Source: Eubacteriales bacterium (GTDB taxonomy: Bacteria; Bacillota; Clostridia; Oscillospirales; CAG-272). From it: a stretch of 64,000 nt of DNA. Below the pieces are notes generated by a model. It saw only the letters and a list, made by a program, of their open reading frames with translations. It was not told where the DNA came from and made no database searches. The number at the start of each line of letters is the position of its first letter. Position 1 is the first letter of the stretch. Below, one piece after another: positions 8,793 to 16,899 of this stretch. Position numbers and translations under genes: made by a program. The stretch covers positions 84,744 to 148,743 of the forward strand of contig JAZOOS010000034.1 in the NCBI GenBank assembly GCA_045655185.1, in the 5' to 3' direction.

Positions 8793-9773
8793 ATGGATAG
8801 CAATAAAAGACCCGATAGCATGGTAAGAATTACGACCAAGGCCTTGGCCGACGCGTTTATTGAAGAGCAGGTTGCCGCCCTTCGCGCGCAGATCGGCGAT
8901 AAAAAGGTTCTGCTCGCTCTTTCGGGCGGGGTCGATTCCTCGGTCGTTGCCGCGCTGCTTATCAAGGCCGTCGGCCGTCAGCTCGTCAGCGTGCACGTCA
9001 ATCACGGCTTGATGAGAAAGGGCGAGAGCGAGGCGGTCATCGAAGTATTCCAAAATCAGTTGAACGCTAATCTCGTTTACGTCGATGCGACCGACCGTTT
9101 CTTGGATCTTTTGGCGGGTGTCGAAGAGCCCGAGCGTAAGCGCAAGATCATCGGCGGCGAGTTTATCAAGGTCTTTGACGAAGAGGCCAGAAAGCTCCAA
9201 GGCATCGAATTCTTGGCTCAGGGAACCATTTACCCCGATATTCTGGAAAGCAAGGGCGTGAAGGCGCACCATAACGTCGGCGGTCTGCCCGAGGATATGA
9301 AGTTTGAGCTGGTTGAGCCGGTTAAGCTTCTTTATAAAGATGAGGTTCGTGTCGTCGGCGAGGCTCTTGGTCTGCCGCACGCGATGGTCTACCGTCAGCC
9401 GTTCCCCGGCCCGGGTCTCGGTGTTCGTTGCCTCGGAGCCATCACGCGTGACCGTTTGGCCGCCCTTCGCGAAGCCGACGCCATTCTGCGTGAAGAATTC
9501 GATAAATGCGGTCTTGCCGAGCACGTATGGCAGTATTTCATCGCCGTGCCCGACTTTAAGAGCGTGGGCGTCCGTAATGACAAGCGCTACGAGGGCTGGC
9601 CTGCCATCATCCGCGCCGTCAATACGACCGACGCGATGAGCGCCACCATCGAGGAGATCCCCTACGAGGTCCTTCACCGCATCACCGACCGTATCACAAA
9701 CGAGGTCGAGGGCATCAACCGCGTCCTCTACGACCTTACCCCGAAGCCGATCGGCACGATCGAGTGGGAATGA
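8793..9773 (+). CDS. guaA: GMP synthase ATP-pyrophosphatase/dimerisation part only (subunit-B-like; no glutaminase domain)
   Basis: ATG 8793 has SD GGGAGG upstream. The translation has the PP-loop LSGGVDSSV and the canonical GuaA C-terminus ...GTIEWE. No GATase domain is present in this ORF or immediately upstream. Confidence 0.85.
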   Translation: MDSNKRPDSMVRITTKALADAFIEEQVAALRAQIGDKKVLLALSGGVDSSVVAALLIKAVGRQLVSVHVNHGLMRKGESEAVIEVFQNQLNANLVYVDATDRFLDLLAGVEEPERKRKIIGGEFIKVFDEEARKLQGIEFLAQGTIYPDILESKGVKAHHNVGGLPEDMKFELVEPVKLLYKDEVRVVGEALGLPHAMVYRQPFPGPGLGVRCLGAITRDRLAALREADAILREEFDKCGLAEHVWQYFIAVPDFKSVGVRNDKRYEGWPAIIRAVNTTDAMSATIEEIPYEVLHRITDRITNEVEGINRVLYDLTPKPIGTIEWE

Positions 9774-9774
9774 A

Positions 9775-9800
9775 AAAATGCCCGAAAGGGCATTTTTTCA
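9775..9800. terminator. Bidirectional terminator after guaA-like gene
   Basis: Hairpin ATGCCC-gaaa-GGGCAT flanked by A6 and T6. Confidence 0.75.
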
Positions 9801-9950
9801 GTTATGATCGCCTGCGGCGAGTTATGAGTTATGATACGCTTCGCGTAGTTATGATGTACCTTCGGCACAGTTTGAAGTAACATTGCGATCATATCATAAC
9901 GAGTGCGAAGCACTCTCATAACATTTGGCGTAGCCAAATTCATAATCTTG
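9800..9950. repeat. Array of GTTATGA / TCATAAC heptamers interleaved with GC-rich mini-hairpins
   Basis: Forward copies start at 9801, 9821, 9828 and 9848. Reverse copies are at 9894-9900, 9916-9922 and 9940-9946 (TCATAAT). Hairpins lie at 9809-9819, 9836-9846, 9856-9868, 9901-9915 and 9923-9939. Confidence 0.8.
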
Positions 9951-9954
9951 ATAT

Positions 9955-9996
9955 AAAAAATGCCTTCTTCATAGTTTTGAAGAAGGCATTTTTTGC
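9955..9996. terminator. Strong bidirectional terminator
   Basis: Hairpin AATGCCTTCTTCA-tagtt-TGAAGAAGGCATT flanked by A6 and T6. Confidence 0.8.
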
Positions 9997-10083
9997 TGCT
10001 TTCGTTTATCGAAAAATTTTTTTAAGGGACCCAAGGTTTAAAGGTGAACGAAGGCCACAAGCCTTTCGACACAACGATGGTTT

Positions 10084-10302
10084 TTATCTGTTTTGGTTGT
10101 TCTGATTGCTCTGATTGTACTGATTGTTCTGGCTATTCTTGTTATTCTGGCTATTCTTGTTATTCTGGCTGTTCTGGCTGTTCTGACTGTTCTGGTTGTT
10201 CTGATTGTTCTGATTGTTCTGGTTGTTCTGGTTGTACTGGTTATTCTGGCTGCTCTGGCGATTCTGATTGTTCTGGTTATTCTGATTGTTTTGGTTGTTC
10301 AT
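10084..10302 (-). CDS. Putative 72-aa Asn/Gln-repeat micro-protein (N36 Q21 S8 K2 R2 Y2 M1)
   Basis: Canonical ATG with SD GAAGGGA 9 nt upstream and a TAA stop. A candidate promoter lies at 10391-10420 and a terminator at 9955-9996. The commonest repeat variant is synonymous only in this frame. Confidence 0.45.
   Translation of the reverse strand: MNNQNNQNNQNNQNRQSSQNNQYNQNNQNNQNNQNNQNSQNSQNSQNNKNSQNNKNSQNNQYNQSNQNNQNR
10090..10296. repeat. Imperfect 9-bp tandem repeat (about 23 units of CTG-RTT-GYT as read on the + strand)
   Basis: The periodicity is read directly. Three + frames and one - frame stay open across the tract. Confidence 0.9.
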
Positions 10303-10390
10303 AATAAAATCCCTTCTTAATTATTAGTGGCAAGTGTAGTTTTGCCCCTTTTCGGATAAACTATGCATGAAAAATCAGGTGTTTCATTTT

Positions 10391-10420
10391 GCTTTTGTTG
10401 AATATAAAATAAAAAGAAAA
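10391..10420 (-). promoter_or_regulatory. Candidate promoter TTTACA-N18-TATATT for the N/Q-repeat gene
   Basis: On the minus strand, the -35 is at 10420-10415 and the -10 at 10396-10391. Confidence 0.35.
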
Positions 10421-10427
10421 AATATGT

Positions 10428-10470
10428 AAAAAGACCCCGGTTCATCAAAAGGATGAAACGGGATCTTTTT
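10428..10470 (-). terminator. Terminator after the creatininase-family gene
   Basis: Imperfect hairpin GACCCCGGTTCAT/ATGAAACGGGATC with flanking A/T runs, directly 3' of the stop at 10490. Confidence 0.6.
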
Positions 10471-10489
10471 GTTTTGCATATTTCGTTGT

Positions 10490-11227
10490 TTACACGATGA
10501 CCGTTCTAAGCCATTCCAGCGTGCAGTTTACCATGTGCTTACCGGTTTCTACGCTGGCTTCCTTGGCGCTTTCGGCAAACCATTCGGTGTTGCGCTCGCA
10601 ACGGCTGAGGTCTACCAACTCGGGATAGGTTCCCATCATAAGGCTGGTCTCCCATTTTCCCGCATGGTCAAAGCCACCGCACTTGATCTGCGCGTCTGCG
10701 CCGATGAGGGGAATGACCTTGATGTAAGAGAAGGGATCGTCCTCGCTGCCCATATCCTCGTAATAGGAGGCGTAGGCGTCGCTGCCCCACCAGCCCTTTC
10801 CAAGCTTTTCTTCCATGTATTCCATGGTTACCTTCTTGGCGGCCTTGTGGCAAGCGATGGTCATAGGCATAAGACCCGCGCCCTCGGTCTGATGATGAGC
10901 CACGAGATAGATATTCTTATGGCCCGCATAGATCATAGACTTGAGTATGTAGTACAGATAGTCTACGTAAGCATCCTCGTCTACGTGGAAGTGGCTGGGC
11001 TTGGGTGCGCATACGGCATACGATGCAACCCCGTACCAGATAGGAGGGCAAACGACGATTTCCTTCTCCTTTTCCAGCTCTCGAAGGCATCCGGTGATTA
11101 CAAGGGTATCGGTTCCGCAAGAGGCATGGCGGGCGTGGTATTCAAGGGTACCGATCGGAATGATGAAGGGAACCTTTCTGTCCACCGCGTCTTGGATCTC
11201 GTCATATAACATTTCAAGCATTTGCAT
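10490..11227 (-). CDS. Creatininase-family amidohydrolase
   Basis: Start moved to ATG 11227 (SD AGGAG 9 nt upstream). Family motifs are PIGTLEYHARH...GTD and FDHAGKWETS. Confidence 0.75.
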   Translation of the reverse strand: MQMLEMLYDEIQDAVDRKVPFIIPIGTLEYHARHASCGTDTLVITGCLRELEKEKEIVVCPPIWYGVASYAVCAPKPSHFHVDEDAYVDYLYYILKSMIYAGHKNIYLVAHHQTEGAGLMPMTIACHKAAKKVTMEYMEEKLGKGWWGSDAYASYYEDMGSEDDPFSYIKVIPLIGADAQIKCGGFDHAGKWETSLMMGTYPELVDLSRCERNTEWFAESAKEASVETGKHMVNCTLEWLRTVIV

Positions 11228-11429
11228 AGGTTTTTTCTCCTGTTCTTTCATATTCGATATAAACATTATATGCAAAACCGTCTTAAAAGTCAAGAGAAGA
11301 GAAGATTAAATCTGCGCGATCGTTGTTTTTGCCGCAAACCTCTTGTAATCCTTCCTATTTTATGGTATAATATAGCAAGCAAAAAACGCTGAGATAAGCG
11401 AGTGGAAAATGTAAAACCAGGAGGACGTT

Positions 11430-12194
11430 ATGAACCGTTTACAAGACAAAGTGGCCATCATCACCGGTGGTAATTCCGGGGTAGGCGCGGCAACCGCCGT
11501 TAAGTTTGCCGCCGAGGGCGCCAAGGTCGTTATCACCGCGCGCCGTGAAGCCCCGCTTTTAGAGGTTGCCGAAAAGATCCGCGCGGCGGGTGGAGAGGTT
11601 CTTCCCGTTGTCAGCGATATCTCTAAGGCAGAGGATGCCAAAAAGGTTCTTTCAGAAACCCTTAAAGCCTTTGGAAAGGTCGATATTCTGGTCAATAACG
11701 CCGGTGTTCTTGATGGCGGTCTTAAAGCGATCGACAGCTTTACCGACGAGGATATGAACCGCGTGATCGACATCAATACCAAGGGTACGATGTGCATGAT
11801 GCGCGAGATCACCGCCGAAATGGCTAAAACCGGCTACGGCTCGATCGTAAACGTAGCGTCGGTTGCCGGTGTTATGGGCTGCGGCGGCGCCGCTTATGTC
11901 GCTTCGAAGGCGGCGGTCATCGGTATCACCCGTCACACCGCGCTTCGCTTCGTTGGCACGAACGTTCGTTGCAACGCCATCTGCCCCGGCACGATCGTGA
12001 CCCCGATGGTTGCCGATATGAACCCTGCCAACCTCGATATGAATATCTTTGGCCAGATGATGAAGCACAACGACCTCAAAGTACAGCCCTGCATGCCCGA
12101 TGATGTGGCCAATATGCTTCTGTTCTTCGCTTCCGACGAATCGCGCGCCATCACCGGCCAGACCATCGTGACCGATTTCGGCTCTACTCTGTAA
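11430..12194 (+). CDS. Classical short-chain dehydrogenase/reductase (SDR)
   Basis: 254-aa ORF with TGGNSGVGAA, NNAG and YVASK motifs, and SD AGGAGG upstream. Confidence 0.85.
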   Translation: MNRLQDKVAIITGGNSGVGAATAVKFAAEGAKVVITARREAPLLEVAEKIRAAGGEVLPVVSDISKAEDAKKVLSETLKAFGKVDILVNNAGVLDGGLKAIDSFTDEDMNRVIDINTKGTMCMMREITAEMAKTGYGSIVNVASVAGVMGCGGAAYVASKAAVIGITRHTALRFVGTNVRCNAICPGTIVTPMVADMNPANLDMNIFGQMMKHNDLKVQPCMPDDVANMLLFFASDESRAITGQTIVTDFGSTL

Positions 12195-12232
12195 GCTCAG
12201 TCTTTCGATAAAGAGAGAAGTGTGACCGTACG

Positions 12233-12679
12233 ATGAATCAACAAAAAAGACAGCAGATGAATACAAAAATCAATAAGATCTTTTATCTGGCCGTACATAT
12301 TTTGGAATATCTCATCGCTATTATGACGATGATCGTTCTTCTCGGCCTTCTCGGATACGAGGTTTATAAGATGTTTTCGGTAGACGGTTATTTTTCTGCG
12401 GCCGATACGTATTTGCAAAACATACTTACCATTGTCGTAGGTCTTGAATTCGTGCGAATGCTGATCAACCTGACCCCCGCCAACACGTTGGAGGTATTGA
12501 TCGTGGCGATCGCGCGCCAAGTCATCATCAACCACGAAAGCCCTCTTAGTAACATCGCTTGCGTCTTGTGCATTGGCGGGCTTTTTGCGATTCGAAAATT
12601 CCTTATTTCGAAAAAGGATTTTCAAAAAGAGCTTTCAGAGGATACCGATGATGCCCAGAACCCCGAAAACAAAAAATAA
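12233..12679 (+). CDS. psiE: PsiE-family (phosphate-starvation-inducible) membrane protein
   Basis: 148-aa ORF with four hydrophobic segments. The segment LEFVRMLI...ARQVIINHESPLSN resembles the E. coli PsiE core ...RLIIVDHKSPLD, as recalled from memory. Confidence 0.6.
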   Translation: MNQQKRQQMNTKINKIFYLAVHILEYLIAIMTMIVLLGLLGYEVYKMFSVDGYFSAADTYLQNILTIVVGLEFVRMLINLTPANTLEVLIVAIARQVIINHESPLSNIACVLCIGGLFAIRKFLISKKDFQKELSEDTDDAQNPENKK

Positions 12680-12696
12680 AATATAGGAGAAAAAGC

Positions 12697-13533
12697 ATGA
12701 AGAACGTATGTGTTATTACCGGTGGCGGTAGCGGTATGGGCCTTGCGGCCGCGAAATGTATGCCGAAGGAAAAGGTTCTCGTTATCTCGGGCAGAACCGT
12801 AGAGAAGCTGCAAAAGGCGGTTGACGAATTGAAGGAGCTTGGCTTTGAGGCGTATGCCTTTGCATGCGATACCTCGAACCGTGAAAGCGTTAAGGCGCTG
12901 GCCGAATACGCGGCATCTCTCGGCGAGATCAAGAATGTCATTAACGCTGCGGGTATTTCCCCCGCGATGGGCAAGGCGGGCGATCAAGAAAAGATCCTTC
13001 GTATCAACGCCCTCGGCACGGTTTATGTCAATCAGGAGTTTTCGAAGAAGATGAACGCGGGTAGCGTTATCTGCGATATTTCCTCGAATTCGGCTTACGC
13101 GCTTCCCGGGTTTATTCTTCCCAAGAAGGCGTATCCCTTGGCCGAAACCGATGAAGAAGCGTTTCTTGCCAAGCTTATCAAGCGTTCGAATATGGCCAGA
13201 AACGATTACGAAAAGAACGGCTTTGCCTACGGTCTTTCTAAGAATTTCGTTTGCTGGTATGCGGCGAAAAGCGCCTTTGATCTTGGACCGAAGGGCATCC
13301 GCGTTGTATCCCTGAGCCCCGGGCTTATTGCGACCGATATGGGCAAAATGGAAGAAGAGCACGGCGGATATCTGATCGGCTTCTCCTGTGAGGGACGTAT
13401 GGGTACCCCCGAGGAGCTTGGCTTTGCGATCGCGACGGTCGCGGATGAGCGCAACGGATATCTTGCGGGCGTCGATATTCTTTGTGACGGCGGCAGCACG
13501 AGAGGGCAGAAGGAATTTAAAAAGAAAAAATAA
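12697..13533 (+). CDS. SDR-family oxidoreductase (second, divergent)
   Basis: 278-aa ORF with TGGGSGMGLAAAK, NAAG and YGLSK motifs, and SD TAGGAG upstream. Confidence 0.8.
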   Translation: MKNVCVITGGGSGMGLAAAKCMPKEKVLVISGRTVEKLQKAVDELKELGFEAYAFACDTSNRESVKALAEYAASLGEIKNVINAAGISPAMGKAGDQEKILRINALGTVYVNQEFSKKMNAGSVICDISSNSAYALPGFILPKKAYPLAETDEEAFLAKLIKRSNMARNDYEKNGFAYGLSKNFVCWYAAKSAFDLGPKGIRVVSLSPGLIATDMGKMEEEHGGYLIGFSCEGRMGTPEELGFAIATVADERNGYLAGVDILCDGGSTRGQKEFKKKK

Positions 13534-13567
13534 AAGAGAAGCACCGCCATGGCGGCGCCTCTATCCC

Positions 13568-13610
13568 CAAAAAGGGGACGCAAGTAAGCGCTTGCGTCCC
13601 CTTTTTTTCT
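13568..13610 (+). terminator. Intrinsic terminator after SDR gene
   Basis: Hairpin GGGGACGCAAG-taa-GCGCTTGCGTCCCC followed by T8. Confidence 0.8.
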
Positions 13611-13648
13611 TTCTTCCGTACAAAAGAAAGAGAAATAAGGATCTTGTA

Positions 13649-13677
13649 TTGAAATGAAGGCCTCTTTGTGTTATAAT
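13649..13677 (+). promoter_or_regulatory. Promoter TTGAAA-N17-TATAAT (extended -10) for azlCD
   Basis: Hexamers at 13649-13654 and 13672-13677. Confidence 0.55.
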
Positions 13678-13706
13678 AAGTCGACTAAATTTTGGATGGA
13701 ACGATC

Positions 13707-14420
13707 ATGAAGCTGTTTTTGTGGGGGCTACGCAGAGGTTTCCCCGTTGCCCTTGGATATTTTTCGGTTTCCTTTACCTTTGGTATTATGGCCGTCTCGA
13801 TGGGCTTTCCCTGGTGGCAAGCGGTCGTTATTTCGATGACCACCGTGACCTCAGCGGGTCAGCTTGCCGGGCTTAACGCCATGGTGGTACCGGGGCAGTA
13901 TATGGCGATGCTCGTTTCGCAGATCACGATCAATCTGCGCTATTCCTTTATGTCGATATCGCTTTCCCAAAAGGTAAACGGCCGTTTCGGTCGATTGAAG
14001 CGCTGGCTGCTCGGCTTTTTTATGACCGACGAGATCTTTGCGATCGCTTCGTCCGAAAAATCGGTGGATCCCAAATTCTTTTTCGGTCTTTCGGTTCTGC
14101 CGTATATCGGCTGGGCCGCGGGAACCCTTTCGGGCGCCTTGATCGGTAACGTATTGCCGCCGCTTATTATGAACGCTGTGTGCCTTGCTATTTACGGGAT
14201 GTTCTTGGCGATCGTCGTGCCCCCCGCCCGAAAATCACGCTCGGTCCTTATCGTTGTTTTACTGGCCGGCGGCTTGCATACGCTCTTTTATTACCTTCCT
14301 TATTTAAGGGATATCTCTTCGGGGATTTCGATCAGCATCTGCGCGGTTATCGCCGCCCTTCTTGGCGCGTTCCTTTTCCCCATAAACGAGGAGAGTGAGG
14401 AGGTTGAGTGCTGTGAGTGA
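13707..14420 (+). CDS. azlC: AzlC-family branched-chain amino-acid exporter subunit
   Basis: ATG 13707 starts MKLFLWGLRRGFPVALGYFSVSFTFG. The protein is polytopic and is followed by an AzlD-size partner. Confidence 0.8.
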   Translation: MKLFLWGLRRGFPVALGYFSVSFTFGIMAVSMGFPWWQAVVISMTTVTSAGQLAGLNAMVVPGQYMAMLVSQITINLRYSFMSISLSQKVNGRFGRLKRWLLGFFMTDEIFAIASSEKSVDPKFFFGLSVLPYIGWAAGTLSGALIGNVLPPLIMNAVCLAIYGMFLAIVVPPARKSRSVLIVVLLAGGLHTLFYYLPYLRDISSGISISICAVIAALLGAFLFPINEESEEVECCE

Positions 14421-14727
14421 TTTTTGGATCTATCTTGCCATTCTCGCGGGGTCGACCTATCTTATTCGCGCCGTCCCCTTTGCGACGCTTACCCGAAAGA
14501 TAACCGACAAGCACGTTCGCTCCTTTTTATATTACATTCCCTTTTCGGTTTTGGCGGCCATGACCCTTCCTGCCGCCGTTTACGCAACGAAGAACCCACT
14601 TTCGGGCGGGATCGGCCTTTTGGTCGGCGGTATTTTTGCTTATAAAGGGAAGGGGCTCACGGTCGTCGCGGTTGTTTCTTGCCTTGGCGCGTTGGCCGTT
14701 GAATTGCTTTTGCTTCTCGTACCGTAA
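14413..14727 (+). CDS. azlD: AzlD-family small membrane protein
   Basis: GTG 14413 lies 9 nt after SD GAGGAGG and overlaps the azlC stop. The product is a hydrophobic protein of about 104 aa. The exact start is uncertain (the ORF track gives 14395). Confidence 0.65.
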   Translation: MSDFWIYLAILAGSTYLIRAVPFATLTRKITDKHVRSFLYYIPFSVLAAMTLPAAVYATKNPLSGGIGLLVGGIFAYKGKGLTVVAVVSCLGALAVELLLLLVP

Positions 14728-14761
14728 CTCCCCCTTCGGTGGAAAAAAGAAAGGAATCTTT

Positions 14762-15478
14762 ATGCAAAACACCTTTGAAAAAAGATTTTATGTACGCACC
14801 TCGGATTTTGATTGCTATAACCGTTTGCGCCCCTCCTCGATCCTTGATTTCTTTCAGGACGTGGCGGGCGAGCACGCGAAGCACCTCGGCATCGGGCGCG
14901 AGGAAATGATAAAGCAGGATATCGCGTGGGTCTTGACCAAGATCCGCTACGAAAGCGTTGGCGAGCCCTGCATGTTTGAAAAGATCACGGTAAAGACCTG
15001 GCCGCATCCCCCCGCGCGCCTTGGGTTTGTGCGCGATTATACGATCACGGGCGAGGATGGGCGGCTTCTCGTTAAGGGAAGCTCTGAATGGGTATTGATC
15101 AGCCTTTCTCGCCGCCGTCTCGTTCGTATGGAAAATCCCTATCCGCTTACCGACTTTTGTGCCGATCAAAGCTTTCCCGAGGGATTTTTGCGGTTGCCCC
15201 GCCCTATGGGGCAGGGGGAAGCGCTTTCCTTCGTTCCGCGCTTTGCCGATCTTGACGTAAACGGTCACGTCAATAACATTCGCTATACCGATTACGCCTT
15301 GGAGCTGTGCCCCCCCACCGCCGATACCCCGATCCGCGCGATGCAGATCGAGTTTCACCGCGAGGTTTTGCCGGGCGTTTACCTGCATATGGGTGAGGAC
15401 GAGGCGGAAAGCGGACATTTTATCTACGGAAAAAACGATGCGGGAGAGCTTTTATTCTCCTGCCTTATCAACGGTTGA
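14762..15478 (+). CDS. Acyl-ACP thioesterase
   Basis: ATG 14762 starts MQNTFEKRFYVRTSDFDCYNRLRPSSILDFFQDVAGEH (hotdog thioesterase pattern). A second half carries DLDVNGHVNN. Confidence 0.8.
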   Translation: MQNTFEKRFYVRTSDFDCYNRLRPSSILDFFQDVAGEHAKHLGIGREEMIKQDIAWVLTKIRYESVGEPCMFEKITVKTWPHPPARLGFVRDYTITGEDGRLLVKGSSEWVLISLSRRRLVRMENPYPLTDFCADQSFPEGFLRLPRPMGQGEALSFVPRFADLDVNGHVNNIRYTDYALELCPPTADTPIRAMQIEFHREVLPGVYLHMGEDEAESGHFIYGKNDAGELLFSCLING

Positions 15479-15483
15479 ATAAG

Positions 15484-15512
15484 AAAAAGGCGAGTTTAAC
15501 TCGCCTTTTTTC
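15484..15512. terminator. Bidirectional terminator between convergent genes
   Basis: Hairpin AGGCGAG-tttaa-CTCGCCT flanked by A5 and T6. Confidence 0.7.
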
Positions 15513-15515
15513 TTA

Positions 15516-16709
15516 TTAGTCGTTGGTGTAGTTATCAAAATATCCTTGGATCCAGATGATCGGCGTACCCTTGTCACCGCTACCGGAGGTCAGGTCGCAC
15601 AGCGAGCCGATCAGATCGGTCAGGCGGCGGGGCGTGGTGCCCTGTGATACCATCTGCCCAACGAGGTCGCCGTCCTTTTGACGGATATAATCCGAGATAG
15701 CTTCCTTCAGCTCGTTGCCCGAAAGGTGCGCGAAGTTGTTGTCGGCCAGATACTTCAGCTTGACCTCGTTCGGTTGACCCGCAAGCCCTGCCGTATGGAA
15801 GGGGGAGACCACGGGGTCTGCCAGCTCCCAGATCTTACCGACGGGATCCTTGAAGGCGCCGTCGCCGTATACCATGACCTCAACGTGCTTCCCGGTCTTT
15901 TCATAAAGCTCGTCGGCGATGCGTTCCACGATCGGCTGCGCGTCGCGCGGGAAGAGCTTTACGGTATCCTCGGTCGCCTTATTGCTGCCGAGCAAGCCGT
16001 AATCGGCGTTGTAGCCGCTACCCATGACCGATTCGCTTAAAATATCGTCAAGCCCCAGAACCGTCTCGGCGCCCGCCGCTTTAAGCAGACGCTTGGTGCG
16101 GAAGCGCGAGTGAATATCGCAGCAAAGCACGTCTTTGGTGTAGGGAAGAATGGCGCGGCAATCGTTTGCCAGAATGATCTCGGCTTCGCAGCCTTCCTTT
16201 TCGATCAGTTCCTTATAATAAGCAACGTAATCAACACCGGTGAAGGGGTGGGTCTTATAGCCGAAAAGCTCGCGGTAGCGCTCTTCGCTCAAAACGTCGG
16301 AATAGGGATTGATGCCCGCCTCGTCAATATCGTCGAGCGAAACAAGGTGGTTGCCAACCTCATCGGAGGGATAGCTTAACATAAGGGTGATCTTTTTGGC
16401 GCTTTTCGCAAAGCCCTTCAAGCAGATCGAAAAACGGTTACGGCTTAAAATGGGGAAGATCACACCGATATGCCCCTTCGGGAACTTGGCGGTGATATCA
16501 GCGGCGATCTGCTCGATCGACGCGTAGTTACCCTGCGCACGCGCAACGACCGCTTCGGTCATCGCGATAACATCACGGTCACGAAGCGAAAGCCCTTCGC
16601 TTTCGGCGGCCGCCAAAACGCTTTCTACAACGATTGCGGCAATATCGTCACCGCTGCGGATAATGGGGGCGCGCACACCGCGCGAAACCGTACCGAATAA
16701 TCTTTCCAT
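15516..16709 (-). CDS. CofE-like (F420-0:gamma-glutamyl ligase family) protein, long form
   Basis: 397-aa ORF. APIIRSGDDIAAIV...DRDVIAMTEAVVARAQG and GSGDKGTPIIWIQG resemble the CofE blocks P.I.EGDDLA...GDV.V..S.V.SKAEGR and GEGGDGIPAVVVRG, as recalled from memory. Confidence 0.55.
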   Translation of the reverse strand: MERLFGTVSRGVRAPIIRSGDDIAAIVVESVLAAAESEGLSLRDRDVIAMTEAVVARAQGNYASIEQIAADITAKFPKGHIGVIFPILSRNRFSICLKGFAKSAKKITLMLSYPSDEVGNHLVSLDDIDEAGINPYSDVLSEERYRELFGYKTHPFTGVDYVAYYKELIEKEGCEAEIILANDCRAILPYTKDVLCCDIHSRFRTKRLLKAAGAETVLGLDDILSESVMGSGYNADYGLLGSNKATEDTVKLFPRDAQPIVERIADELYEKTGKHVEVMVYGDGAFKDPVGKIWELADPVVSPFHTAGLAGQPNEVKLKYLADNNFAHLSGNELKEAISDYIRQKDGDLVGQMVSQGTTPRRLTDLIGSLCDLTSGSGDKGTPIIWIQGYFDNYTND

Positions 16710-16768
16710 AACGAATCCTCACAGACGGAAAATTGAAAAAAGCCGACGCCCGTCACCTGTCGCGCATT

Positions 16769-16802
16769 CTTATTATACACCCTTTTTTGCAATAAGTAAA
16801 GA
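16769..16802 (-). promoter_or_regulatory. Promoter TTTACT-N17-TATAAT (extended -10) for the CofE-like gene
   Basis: The minus strand reads TTTACTtattgcaaaaaagggtgTATAAT. Coordinates are approximate. Confidence 0.45.
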
Positions 16803-16899
16803 AGTATTTTGTTATGTTTTCCATAATTTTAAGTTATACCTAAAAACGCGGAAAAAAGGGGCGTTTTCTTTTCGATTTGTGCAAAATGACGAAAAACTA

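Noticed and set aside
9800-9950. The regularly spaced repeats might be a CRISPR array.
   Set aside because: The repeat units are only 7-9 bp with 11-17-bp spacers, and half of them are inverted. No cas genes or leader are present.
10044-10320. Plus-strand readings of the 9-bp repeat. One is an 86-aa Cys/Ser/Gly-rich peptide (CSGCSDCSG...) that looks superficially like a TOMM/RiPP precursor. The other is a 75-aa all-hydrophobic peptide.
   Set aside because: Both need GTG/TTG starts without a convincing SD or promoter. The commonest repeat variant is non-synonymous (Gly/Asp) in the Cys-rich frame. No cyclodehydratase, radical-SAM or other maturation gene is nearby. I cannot fully exclude this reading, so it is noted as the alternative in the finding.
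10490-13533. A creatininase-family gene next to two SDR genes suggested a mycofactocin-like (MftE plus mycofactocin-dependent SDR) system, possibly with the repeat peptide as precursor.
   Set aside because: There is no mftA-type precursor (no ...GVY terminus), no mftB or mftC radical-SAM gene, and no mftD. The genes are separated by terminators and divergent promoters. The co-location is better explained as unrelated accessory enzymes.
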